Source of the DNA: Octopus bimaculoides
Taxonomy: Eukaryota
Direction of reading: 5' to 3'
DNA: 64,000 nucleotides
Assembly (NCBI RefSeq): GCF_001194135.2
Contig: NC_068997.1
Location: forward strand, 4,610,365-4,674,364
Position 1 is the stretch's first letter, and every line of letters begins with the position of its first letter. The notes under the pieces are model-generated. The model did not search any database. It saw only the letters and a list, made by a program, of their open reading frames with translations, and was not told the origin of the DNA. Below, one piece after another: positions 1-10,915 of this stretch. Both the position numbers and the translations under genes were made by a program.

Positions 1-84
1 GAGGAGGTCAGGGCCATAACACCATTTATCAAGTAGCTTGAAGAAGCAAAAAAAAAATTTCTTAAATTCTCTCACTACCACCAG

Positions 85-190
85 CAAAATCAACCTCAGC
101 CGAATTTGAACTCAGAATGTGAAGATGGACAAAATACTGCTAAGCATTTTGCCCGACGTGCTAACAATTCTGTCAGCTAGCCACCTTACA
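85..190 (-). mobile_element. tRNA-derived SINE family B, 5' fragment
   Basis: Reverse complement matches the head of the intact copy at 29508 (GGCGAGCTGGCAGAA...GTTAGCAC...TTCTGAGTTCAAATT, Pol III A/B-box-like). Confidence 0.8.
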
Positions 191-713
191 AACACTTAAA
201 TATTAGCTTCATGAAGACACCCCTACGACCAACCCAACTTCCCTAAACACAACATTTATGACCAGGTAAAATATGGGAGGTGTTCACTGCTAAGTTACCC
301 TTATTTTTTGTTTGCTGTGTGTTTTTTTTTCTGAATTGTAGAGGTAATTTCAAATAGTTATGGTAATTTATGAACACTGTACATATGTTTGATACAGAGG
401 GATCAATTATATCGGTGCTTTTTAGGTTAGTTGTTTTTAAAAGTAAAATCCTTTTTATGCATTACACATTGTGCATTGTCATGCAGTGTCATGCATAGGT
501 GTGGCTGTGTGGTTAAGAAGCTTGTTTTGCAACCATGTGGTCTTCAGTTAGGTCCTACTGCACAGCACCTTGTGAGTATGTTTCAGAGGTGGAAACTGAT
601 AGAAACCCATTATGTGTGTGTGTGTGAGTGTGTGTACACAGGGTGTGGTGAATATACTGTCATGTAAATTACGCAAAAATGAAAATAACATTGACATCTC
701 ATTTTAACAGACA

Positions 714-1250
714 TAGACGATCAGCCCATAAATAATGCAGTTTTTTCAATTACATGAACTAAAAATTGGAGGGGGCTGGGATAAACTACCTGCACCAACT
801 TGCTATAAAAGCAGGTTGTCATTTTACCTTATTTTTTAGTGCAAGTGTTGAAGAGTGCAGTTCGACTTTAACAGTTTTCAAAGCTGTAATGGAAATGACA
901 AAGGAGCATATTCAGTATATTTTTGTTTATGAGTTCAATAAAGGCAACAACACAACTGAAAGAGTGAGGAATATTAATGAAATATATGAGGATTAGACAA
1001 TAAGCATAAACCAGTGTCAATGGTGGTTCCAGAAAGTCTGAACCAGAAACTACAGCCTAGAAGATGAGCCTCGTCCTGGAAGATTTGTACCCTAGTGGAA
1101 CAAAACCATTCAACCATTCATCAATACCTGTGTGCCATCAGAAAAGTCAGCAAATGGGGTCAATGGATTCCTCACAAACTTTCCGAGTCTAATCACGCAT
1201 AGGGAGTGAAAGTGTGCTCTTCTTGCTGTCACGTCTCACAAATGAACACA
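714..1250 (+). mobile_element. Mariner (Tc1/mariner) transposon 5' relic, transposase pseudogene
   Basis: From ATG 889: MEMTKEHIQYIFVYEFNKGNNTTERVRNINEIYED*TISINQCQWWFQKV*TRNYSLEDEPRPGR, later WIPHKL (WVPHEL-like motif); in-frame stops; no catalytic domain. Confidence 0.85.
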
Positions 1251-1929
1251 GACATATGTACATGCATGCATGTATGCGTGTGTGAATGTTTTTATATGTA
1301 TGCAAGTGTATGTGTGTATATACATGTCGCTTGGGTGGTCTGTGGAGATAACTGGTTGAGTTGAATGAAAATATGTTTCTTGGGCAGTGTGTAGAAGTAA
1401 CTGAACAACGCCTGTAAAGATTTGACAGATATACTACTTGGATATACTACTTTGTTATTCTTTAAACACAAATTAGTTGAAACCACGTGAATGAAAGGAT
1501 ACTGGACATTATAGCAAACTTGGAGAAGTTCAAGATCAACTTCACTCCATAACCACATTCGAAAGAAGTGCATCTGCGACAGCTTTTGGCCCGTTTGATC
1601 TTCTCGTTGTAGTGGTAGTAATGGGTCACCAATGTCACTGGCATGCTGCTGCTGATGATGATAATGTCAGCTGTGGTGGCTGGCTCAGTTCATTAATAAA
1701 AATATTTCTTGGGCTGCAAGTAGAAATAACTGAACAACACATGCGAACATTTAACAGAAGATTTTATTATCGCACCTAAATTAAAAACTGCGTTGGTCTT
1801 TTACAGTTAACAACAGCAACAATTACACACTGGGAGAGATATACTGCTTGGAGATTATAATAAGCTACTGATGCAGCAACATGCGGCTTCCCCAACATAA
1901 CTGGAAACAATTAAGCTATCTAAACCACG

Positions 1930-2135
1930 AGGTTTTAGATGAGTATCACCATAATACAAGCAAAGTTGTTCATTTTCAGTCTTCCCTGAGAAATTGTCTG
2001 GCTATGGGGAAATATTACCTCGTTTAGAAACAAGTGAAGGTGAATGACAAAGAAGGGCATTTGGGCCACAGAAAATCTGCTTCAACAAATTCTATAGCTG
2101 AACCATGCAAGTATAGGAAACATGAGGATGACGAG
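1930..2135 (+). mobile_element. SINE/LINE 3' tail, family C-related (RTE-type tail ending in GAT repeats)
   Basis: GAAGGGCAT...AGAAAATCTGC...CCATGCAAG...GATGA tail, related to the family C copies listed below. Confidence 0.55.
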
Positions 2136-2144
2136 CAACATACC

Positions 2145-2390
2145 ATCATCATCATCAACAAAAACATTTAACGTCTGTTAAGTGTTGTTGCTGGCATGGG
2201 CTGGATGGCTTGACAGCAACTGGTAAGGCCAGGTTCCATAATCTGTTTTGGCCTTGGCTTCTATAGCTGAATGCCCGTCTTAACATCAATCAGTTTACAA
2301 AGTGTACTGGGTGCATTTTACGTGGCATCATCACCAAGGCTTTTTATGTGATACCAGCACCAGCACCTACACCAATGTCTTTTTATGTGG
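2145..2390 (-). mobile_element. SINE family C (RTE-type 3' tail), decayed
   Basis: (CAT)n-TTTAACGTC...GCTGGCATGGG...GCTGAATGCCC pattern, as in the best copy at 19165-19352. Confidence 0.7.
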
Positions 2391-2414
2391 CACCTTAGTT
2401 CTAGGATCTCAATG

Positions 2415-2656
2415 TTGCGGTGGTGGGTGAGTTTTCTTGAGTACAGCAATACGTCACATATCTCGGTCTTCCGTCATCTCCTTTGTAAGGTTCAGCATTT
2501 TGAGATCAGCCTTCAATATTTCGTCCCATGTCTTCCCGAGTTTCCCTCTTCCACAATTTCTTTCCACTTTAAGTGATCAGCTTTTCTTTACACATCCACA
2601 TCACATGACCAAACCAGTGCAGTTTTGCACACTGCATATAATTCCTCTTATGCCCA

Positions 2657-2660
<4 letters not shown>
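2415..2660 (-). mobile_element. RTE-clade LINE ORF C-terminal fragment
   Basis: Minus strand reads LGIRGIICSVQ..LHWFGHVM..GRGKLGKTWDEILKADLKMLNLTKEMTEDRDM*RIAV (RTE LRWFGHV / RGRPRKTW / DR..WR signature), with frameshifts. Confidence 0.8.

Positions 2661-2691
<31 letters not shown>
2657..2691. repeat. (GT)n microsatellite
   Basis: Direct reading. Confidence 0.95.
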
Positions 2692-2694
<3 letters not shown>

Positions 2695-2759
2695 AATAAG
2701 AAAAGAAAACAAAGCCAAGGCGGTGTGAAATTTCTAAGACATTTATAAAGAGAAAGGTA

Positions 2760-2807
2760 GTCTTACAGCTGTTTCAGGGATATAAAAGATATCCCATCAT
2801 CAGAGAC
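2760..2807 (-). ncRNA. Minimal type-I hammerhead ribozyme motif
   Basis: Minus strand: gtct-CTGATGA-tGGGATATcttttATATCCCt-GAAA-cagctg-TA-agac. Stem I gtct/agac, 7-bp stem II (closing pair is a U.U mismatch), palindromic stem III, GUA cleavage triplet. Confidence 0.75.
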
Positions 2808-3087
2808 GATATGAGAAAGTTAAATAGAAGGAAATAGTAGAGTTCAATATAAGAAATTATTTTGGAAAGGGATAAGAAGTATAAAGGGAAATATGAGAAT
2901 AAAAATATATGTTGGATGTTACAGTTGTAGTTCCATTATTCAAGGAATGCGTTATGTAGAAGGGTAAAGAGGCTTCTTGTCCATGGTATGTAAATTCCGA
3001 TAGGAGTTAACATTTTGCTATTACTAATGGATAGTGTGCAGATATTAATTCCATGTGCTGTTCATTCAAAGGGATCTTTACAATATA

Positions 3088-3294
3088 AAATAAATTCACT
3101 GATCTACAAAATTAGAAATATTGCATTTCTAAATCTCTCAGGGAGTCATATACAGTGACAGCACAATAAAGTGATAGCTTGTTGCCAACTTAATGTGGCA
3201 GTCCCAGTCATTTTATCGTGCTGCTACTGTATAAGTCTCTCTGAGAGATTTAGAAATGTAATATTTCTATTTTTGTAAATCAGTGAATTTATTT
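3088..3294. repeat. ~100-bp-arm imperfect palindrome (fold-back)
   Basis: AAATAAATTCACTGATCTACAAAATTAGAAATATTGCATTTCTAAATCTCTCAG... pairs with ...CTGAGAGATTTAGAAATGTAATATTTCTATTTTTGTAAATCAGTGAATTTATTT; centre ~3191. Confidence 0.9.
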
Positions 3295-3566
3295 CACTTG
3301 AAATTCTATGTTTTCAAAAGTGAATAAGCATCGGCAGCTCGCAAGCCACGGCCTTTTCTTCGTCATTTTTGGATATTCTCTGTTACCAATGTTGTGTGAG
3401 TTCGTTCCTGTATAACGTTGTATGTTACATTTTGTGTTTAATTTTTCTACTGTAATTTGAACTGCTGTTCGTTTTGGAACTGTAATTTTCGCCCTTCAAG
3501 GCAGAAAATTATGTTGGAATTTTTATACCTGGTGGAGAGGTGAATGGCACCAATATGGAATAAAAA

Positions 3567-4298
3567 GTGCAGTTTCAAGCGGCTGATGTAGCAAAAGAAG
3601 TGTCAACAAAGACACTAAAAAATGACGAAATTATGCTGCTACCCACATATTTGGGCCACAGAACGGCAAAAGTGACGGTAGAAAATATACCAGCTGATTA
3701 TGAAATGATGTGGGTAGCAGTGGTAGTTATATATGACTATGAAGAGGTATCCATCCTGCGAATGAAGAGGACGGATGCCGTGAACTGGCGAGGCCAGACG
3801 CTCGAGATGGTAATTCAAGCGGCGAACCAAACTCTGGAAGATTTACCCAATAGAGTGTTTGTGGAGGAGGGGCTGACAATGCAAGTGGCTGTGGAGGGAC
3901 GTAGGCCCCGATGCTTTAAGTGTGGAGAGAAGAGCCACATCCACTCCAAGTGTACCAAAAAGAAAAATGAGAATGAGGTCCCTCCCCAAAAAGCTGCGAA
4001 GGAAACATCAGCAGACAGACCAGAAAGGGCAGCAGAAGAGAAGGAGAGAACAACGGAAGAAAAGAACCAAACTACCGAGGCGATGGAGTTTACAATGGTG
4101 ACTCATAAGTGTAAGAAGGCACAAGTCCCTGGTTCCCCCCAACCACCAAACAAAAAAAAACACAAAACACGCAGACACACAAAACCAAACTCCCCAGCCC
4201 AAGCCCACAGCAAGGCCATTTGCCAAATCCTTCCCCAAACTACAAGTAAAAACTATAGAGTTCCGGGAAAAGAACGAGTCATTGGTGAGAGTCATTAG
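3567..4298 (+). pseudogene. Tx1/L1-like non-LTR retrotransposon ORF1 (gag-like, CCHC knuckle), disrupted
   Basis: RCFKCGEKSHIHSKC (CX2CX4HX4C) followed by a K/E-rich low-complexity tail; lies directly upstream of an APE endonuclease ORF; in-frame stop just before 3567. Confidence 0.8.
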
Positions 4299-4592
4299 AG
4301 CACACCATGACGACACGAGTATTTAGAGCAATGAAAGAAACACAGAAACAGTTGGGAATGCAAAAGTAAACAAGAAACTGTTTACAGATATGAAGGTGAG
4401 GTATCCGGAAGACATAAGAAACATAACCGCCGAAGTGGCAGAAAGTAAACATATTATAAGCCCGACTGCCACAGGCAGGAAAAGCCCAGCGATGACACCT
4501 AATAAAGAAAAGGATGGGGAGGTAGGCGAATTTGTACAGCCCCTCCCCAAACTGAAAATATGAGTAATCTCTTTCCTTTTATTTTTTCAAAA

Positions 4593-5095
4593 ATGATTAA
4601 GTTGGGATGCATAAATGTGCATGGACTGGGGTCGAAATGGAAACAGGCTTGTTTTCTGGACGACCTCAGGGCACGTGATATAGATATAGCAATCACAACT
4701 GAGTCCAAGATGAGTGGATTACAAGCATTCTCTCCTCTTCTGAATGACTATGAGAAAATTATTTCTCCTAGCCGACGAGGAATGGGGGGGGGCGGTACTG
4801 TCTTTCTGGACCCAGAAGGTAGGCTGGTCGTCTTGGATGTGACTCACGAAAGTAAACAGTCCTTCAGGTTAGGAGCTGTGTACTCACCTAACGAGCATGG
4901 ACAGTCGGGTTTTTATCAAGACCTGGAGCACTTTCTAGTGACGTCTAAAATGGTAGTTCTGTTAGGAGACTTTAATACTATACTCGATGCATGGGTGGAT
5001 AGTGTTGGCTCGACTGATAGGAAAGGAAATCCTGGCCTCAAGGATCTACTAAAGAGCTATAATCTAGTAGACCGTTACAGACTGGATGAGCCGTT
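4593..5095 (+). pseudogene. Tx1/L1-like ORF2 N-terminal apurinic endonuclease, 3'-truncated
   Basis: MIKLGCINVHGL...DIAITTESK...DPEGRLVVLDV...RLGAVYSPN...LLGDFNTILD (APE motifs); breaks off into a GT-rich repeat at ~5095; no RT. Confidence 0.85.
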
Positions 5096-6327
5096 CGTTG
5101 TGATAGTAGTTGTTGTGGTGGTGGTGGTAGTGGTGGTGGTGGTCATGGTGGTGACAGGAGGCAGGAGAGTAGGGTAAAAGGTAAGGGTGGTGAGGATTTG
5201 AGTGTTACACCAGGTGACACATTTAAGTGTCAATTGCAATTCAAGAACAAATGCAGTTTATTCAGCAAGCTTCCATACAGTTTCCATCTCCCCAATTTCG
5301 TTCACAATGTTTGAGTCTTCTAAAGGCTATTGCAGTAGACATGTCCCCAGTGACAGCAGTGAGACTGAACCCAGAACCATGTATTCGCAGAGCAACTTTC
5401 TAAACTTCACAACCAAGCTTGCTTTCATATCTAATAAGTCTATCTTCTCCTTTATGACAATGAAATGTGATTCAACGAAGATTTAGGGGTTATTTCTGGC
5501 AAGTCGATCAACCACTTAGTTTTGTCCTTTACCAGGCAACAGGCAGATTATTTATCATTGATTCTTTTTTTATTTATATTAATAGATCAATATTAATAGA
5601 AATACAGTGATTGATTAGTACCAGTGCTGGTGGTCATATTTGGATAAATAACAGATAAATAGAGACAAGTGAACCAGTTTCAGTAATACTGCTTTGTTTG
5701 TTGTCATATTGTGAAATGTATGTGGTGTGTGTGTGTGTGTGTGTTCGTATACATGCATGTTATGTGTAAGGGTGTATGGGGGTAATGTGTGTGTAGGTGA
5801 GTATGTGAATATGAGAGTGGATTTATATGTGTGTTGTGTATAGGGTGTACATAGGAGATACTGTTGAAGTGGATTTGTGGATATGTGTGTGAGTGTATCC
5901 TGTGTGTGTTGTGTATTGTGTGTGTGTGTATGTGTGTGTGCATGGGTAATGTGTATATATATATATTTATATATGATTAAAGTCAGTTCAACAATGAATT
6001 GCTTGTTAATGGATTGGAAAGTAAAGATGATTTTGTTTTTAACCCAGTTGAGGATCTGTACCTTATACTAAAGCTATCACATAAATATCTCTTCTCAGTT
6101 AAATGCAATTCAGAATCATGACAACTAAAAGTGTGTATAGATATGTGTCTCTTCAGACTAAACTACCAAAATGAAAGCATATCATATATTGCTTAATTTG
6201 GAGACATATGGCCTCTTATGTGACAAAAATTGTTTTGGTTCATGAACCATTGAATGGTACATGCACAAAAAACAGACATTGATGAAAACTCTATCTGACA
6301 AACTAGAAACTTTTGAAATATGAAGAA

Positions 6328-6792
6328 GCACAGGCATAGCTGTGTAGTAAGAAGCTTGCTTCCCAACCACATGGTTCCAAGTTCAGTCCCACTGTGTGGC
6401 ACCTTGGGCAGGTGTCTTCTACTATAGCCTTGAACCAACCAAAGCCTTGTAAGTGGATTTGGTAGAAGGAAACTGAAAGAAGCCCATCGTGGTTTTCAAT
6501 TATATATATATATATATGAGTGTGCATGTGTGTGTGTGTGTGTGTGTGTGTGCGCGTGTATCTTAGCGTCTGTGTTTGTCCCCACTCTACCATCAACTGA
6601 CAGCTGTTGTTGGTGTGTTTACGTCCCCTTAACCTAGTGGCTCAGCAAAAGAGATAGATAGAATAAGTACTAGGCTTGCAAGGAATAAGTCCTGGGGTCC
6701 ATTTCTTTGACTAAAACCCTTTAAGGTGGTGCTCCAGCATGGCCGCAGTCAAATGACTGAAACAAGTAAAAGAATAAGAGAATATAAAAGAA
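6328..6792 (+). mobile_element. SINE family A (tRNA-like head, CORE-like segment, internal (TA)n(TG)n), near full length
   Basis: GGCATAGCTGTGTAGTAAGAAGCTTGC...GTTCAGTCCC head; CACCTTGGGCAGGTGTC CORE-like block; internal microsatellite; tail GCTCCAGCATGGCCGCAGTCAAATGACTGAAACAAG(TAAAAGAA)n. Confidence 0.85.
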
Positions 6793-6937
6793 TGTTAAGA
6801 ATACCTTGCACAAAGCATAAGTCTAATTAAGAAGTATAATTAAGAAGTCTAATTAAGAAGTATTACAAGTAGCAAATACAAAACGATCACTGCTTCCAAC
6901 TATTAAAAAAGGCAACATGTGGTTGTATAAGTGCAAG

Positions 6938-7224
6938 GTATAATGCATTTGGTTGTGTAAGAGTGCAAAGTATAATGCATTTGGTTGTGTAAGAGTGCAA
7001 GGTATAATGCATTTGGTTGTGTAAGAGTGCAAAGTATAATGCATTTGGTTGTGTAAGAGTGCAAAGTATAANNNNNNNNNNCAAAGTATAATGCATTTGG
7101 TTGTGTAAGAGTGCAAAGTATAATGCATTTGGTTGTGTAAGAGTGCAAAGTATAATGCATTTGGTTGTGTAAGAGTGCAAAGTATAATGCATTTGGTTGT
7201 GTAAGAGTGCAAAGTATAATGCAA
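6938..7224. repeat. 32-bp minisatellite (GTATAATGCATTTGGTTGTGTAAGAGTGCAAA)n
   Basis: Near-identical head-to-tail units with no spacers; gap at 7072-7081; explains the 32-aa periodic ORFs in the track. Confidence 0.95.
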
Positions 7225-7227
7225 AGA

Positions 7228-7380
7228 CTGTTACTAGAAGGAGAGATAAATGGCAAACACACAAGAGGATGACTTAGAACAAATCGATTCAATAACACCA
7301 AAGACTGGACTAAACTATTATACAGAAGATGTGTAAGAATGACAGAGAAAAGACCAAAATGGAGATCTTTGATATCCAAT
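7228..7380 (+). mobile_element. RTE/Bov-B-like LINE C-terminal fragment
   Basis: LLEGEINGKHTRG*LRTNRFNNTKDWTKLL...RMTEKRPKWRS resembles G.I.GKR.RGRP..RW...IK.W...DR..WR. Confidence 0.6.
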
Positions 7381-7639
7381 CGGTTGAAAGCAAAGCTTTA
7401 CATTGACAAACTCAGTTACAAGTAGAACTTTTACTGATTGTTGATATCTAAGGTGTTTTTTCTTTCTTTTTCCTTCTTGAGTCTTGTTTCAGTTCTGCGC
7501 CTTTTCAAATGGGATGGACATAACAAATGTAATTTTTCTTCCATGGTGCACTGCCAATGCAACTATTTTCTTTCCATGAAAATATTGCCATTTTCTAGTC
7601 ATAATTAAGGTAGAGTTGTTTTTTGTTTTTGTGTTTGTT

Positions 7640-8300
7640 TTTTTGTATTTTATCTTTGGCTTTTAATGAGGCTCTTTCCGTTGATATATTTCTCCATAGT
7701 GAATTCTCTCTTGTCCTGTACAAACAACACGTCCTGCTCAGCCACTTCAGCCTGCTCCATCACAAGACAGCCTCTATAAAGACAACATTTGCTAACTCCA
7801 AGACCTCAACATCACTCATATAGTCTCTCCAAAGTATAAAACTTGTCAAAAACACTTTTGCTGAAAAAAAATTCCAACTGTTTCAGTTGTTTTGAATATA
7901 TAATTTCCATGTTGTGCAACCATTCAAAAAAAGAAGTTTGGAAAAATCAATATTTTAGTGTCATTTATTTGTATATGGCCGAGACTGTAGTGAAGATTGT
8001 AATCTTCCAAAGGATATCCACGATTTCTGAATTCTATTTGCAATTTCATTATCAAGATTTTCGTTCTTGATTCACATGGTACCATGTTGATATTTGAAAG
8101 AGATATATTATTCAATGTTTTATGATTTAGAATACTCTCAAGAATCTTCAGGACAGGGCTGATAACGAAGAACAATTTTATTATGATTTATTGCCAGGCC
8201 TAATGTGTCATGTGCCAAAGAAACTCTTAAGAAATTAAAGACATTTTTTGCATTATCTGTGACAATATCACTGTCATCAGCATCGTAAGAGGTGTCTTAG
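7640..8300 (-). mobile_element. RTE-clade LINE reverse transcriptase C-terminal half, heavily decayed
   Basis: Minus strand: YDADD...LGLAINHNK...FKY...LDNEIANRIQKSWISFGRL...GCTTW...; many stops and frameshifts. Confidence 0.75.
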
Positions 8301-9123
8301 CGTTACAAAAGTGTGTGATTTAAAATTAATCCATTTAAGTTCAAATAACTTGTTAGTTGTGTGACAACATATTTAACTAACCTCAGATTAGATATTCTTT
8401 TTTATATCTCTTGTTTTAGTCATTCGACTGTGGACATGCTGGGGCACCACCTTGAAAAAATTTTTTTAGTTGAATGAATTCACCCTAGTACTTATTTTTT
8501 GTTTTGTTAAGTCTGATACTGATTCCATTGGTTTCTTTGGCTGAAACGCTAAGTTACAGGATACAAACATACCAACACCAGTTCATTATTATTGTTACTA
8601 TTAGAGTATTAATAACTCCTCTGGAAAGAACTTCCACATAGACCCATCCACCCCCATACAGAACTGACCCGCACGCACCCAGCAAATTTAAAAATATAAA
8701 CAGCTTTCAAAACGCAACGAATAACGTTGGTGCCAGGGACCATGTACGTATGGGATTGTCTGTGTATACATATATGTATGTATGTACATATGTGTGAGGG
8801 GATAGATATATATATATATATATATGTATATTTCCCCCTCATATGTGGTGGCAGTGACTGTTGACGTACATCTGGACACACATATGTACTCATCTATATA
8901 TGCTTTTGTATCCATAGATATCTACATATGGTTATGTACACAGGCACAGGCATGTATATTGGTGTGTTTAAAACTATTTTTATATGGTCTTATATATTGT
9001 TTGTAGGTTTTTATGTGCCTTATATTTTTATATTTTCATTTTTCATTTATTTTTATTTTTACTTTATTGTTATTTTTATTTTTATTTTTTTATTTTTTAT
9101 TTTATACTTGTATTGAATTTTGT

Positions 9124-9259
9124 GAATCTCTGAAGAGGCCTAGTGAATCATGCATGCACCCCCATTACATCATTTTCATCTGCTAATTACTCCGGCACAC
9201 AGGAGCTATACAGATAGAATGGGGCATGCCAACGCTAGGCCGAAACAGCTGTAAGTTTC
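9124..9259 (+). ncRNA. Type-I hammerhead ribozyme with canonical core and ~90-nt extended stem II
   Basis: gaatct-CTGAAGA(9130-36)-GGCCTAG[91 nt]CTAGGCC-GAAA(9242-45)-cagctg-TA-agtttc. G10.1-C11.1 closing pair, palindromic stem III, GUA triplet, stem I 5 of 6 paired. Confidence 0.8.
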
Positions 9260-9484
9260 TGTATATTCTCCAATTGCTAAATGTACTTTATATTTGTAAC
9301 CTTAATTGTAAATATGACATGGTATGTCATAAGCGTCTGTATATTGTGGCTTTTGTCATTTTAGTTGCAAAATAAACAAATTAATTCAATGGAATACACT
9401 GTCTGCAAGTGGATGGATACTGCATATTCTCCTCCATTTTCTTATTGCTATATATATATATATCAGCAGCAGCAGCATTAATAT

Positions 9485-9680
9485 CATCACCATCGTTTAA
9501 TGTCTGCCTTCCATGCTGGCATGGGTTGGACAGTTTAACAGGAGCTGGTCAGGTAGAAGACTGCCCCAGACTTCTGCGCCTGTTTTGGCATGGTTTTTAT
9601 GGCTGGATGCTCCTCCTAACACCAACCACCCTGTGGAGTGGGCTGAGTGCTTTTTACATGTTATCAGCACAAGCAAGGTC
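9485..9680 (-). mobile_element. SINE family C (RTE-type tail)
   Basis: TTTAATGTCTGCCTTCCATGCTGGCATGGGTTGGACAG...GGCTGGATGCTCCTCCTAACACCAACCAC. Confidence 0.8.
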
Positions 9681-9973
9681 AGTTTTGGCAAGATTTGGAA
9701 GAGGTGATCTTGTGTTAGATGATGGAAAGTTAGAGTGTGACAGAGAGAAAGAAACAGATATCTTGTAGAGGAGGTACAGCAAGACACCTGTTTCTGTCTT
9801 TTATATATATANNNNNNNNNNNNNNNNNNNNNNNNNNNNNNNNNNNNNNNNNNNNNNNNNNNNNNNNNNNNNNNNNNNNNNNNNNNNNNNNNNNNNNNNN
9901 NNNNNNNNNNNNNNNNNNNNNNNNNNNNNNNNNNNNNNNNNNNNNNNNNNNNNNNNNNNTATATATATATATA

Positions 9974-10915
9974 TATCAGGTTGAGTAAAAAGTAAGCAAC
10001 GTTTTGAACCATAAAGAATTTGTACTGGATTTTTGCTGAATTTTGAATTTTTTAAACATTTTTTTGCAATTCTCTGATAATACAGACATAGACTTTCCCA
10101 ATGTATCAATAAATTAACATTGATATTTTTTTCACACAGTCTAAAATGGAGCTGTCAAAGTGCAATATTCAAGCAATTTTGCTATTCAAAATCAAAAAAG
10201 GATGTAAAGTAGCTGAAACTGCTCGCGCTATCAACGAAATGTTTGATGAGGATCTGACCAGTGAGTGGTCAGCTTGAAAATGGTTTAAACGATATTGCAG
10301 TGGAGACCTGAGCCTTGATGATAGTGGAAGCCCATGTGTCATCGATGACGGTCAATTAAAGACTGTCATTGAGAAAGATCCACGTAAAACCACTCAAGAG
10401 CTGGTAAAAGAACTTCAAGTTAGCCAGAAATCTACCTGTAACCATTTGCATGCGATTGGAAAATTGAAAAAGCTCGACAAATGAATACCACACAAACTGA
10501 ATGAAAATCAGAAAATGCGCAGATATGAAATTTTCTCGTCACTTCTTCTCAGACAAATCCATTTCTCAACTGTATTGTAACCTGCGATGAAAAGTGTATT
10601 CTGTACAATAATAAAAAGCATTCTTCACAGTGGTTGGACCATAATGAAGCACTGAAAACCTTTCCTAAACCCGAGCTCTTCAAAAAGAAGATTATGGTGA
10701 CTGTTTGGTAGTGTACTGCTGGACTTATCCACTATAACTTCTTAACCCAGAAAAATCATTACTGCAGAAACATACTGCCGTGAACTTGCCAAAATGAACA
10801 AGAAACTGCTACTCCTCCGTCCCAGACTGGTCAACAGAAGAGGACCAATCATTCTTCATGACAATGCTCGACCACATGTTTCACTAATGCCACACCAGAA
10901 GTTGAGGGAAGTTGA
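9974..10915 (+). mobile_element. Mariner transposon, 5' TIR plus transposase pseudogene, 3' end lost
   Basis: TIR-like TATCAGGTTGAGTAAAAAGTAAGCAACGTTTT; ATG 10146 MELSKCNIQAILLF..KVAETARAIN..*IPHKL..IVTCDEK..IMVTVW..ILHDNARPH; stops and frameshifts; no YSPDL motif or right TIR. Confidence 0.9.

Noticed and set aside
6040-6320. Possible decayed exon after TTTTTAACCCAG
   Set aside because: Six stops in ~90 codons, as expected for random AT-rich DNA; no donor or homology.
6938-7224. CRISPR-like 32-bp repeats and 123-158 aa ORFs
   Set aside because: Units are contiguous with no spacers, no cas genes, eukaryotic context; the ORFs are translations of the minisatellite.
9974-10915. Domesticated mariner (SETMAR-like) gene
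   Set aside because: Multiple stops and frameshifts, missing C-terminus, no SET exons; ordinary dead transposon.
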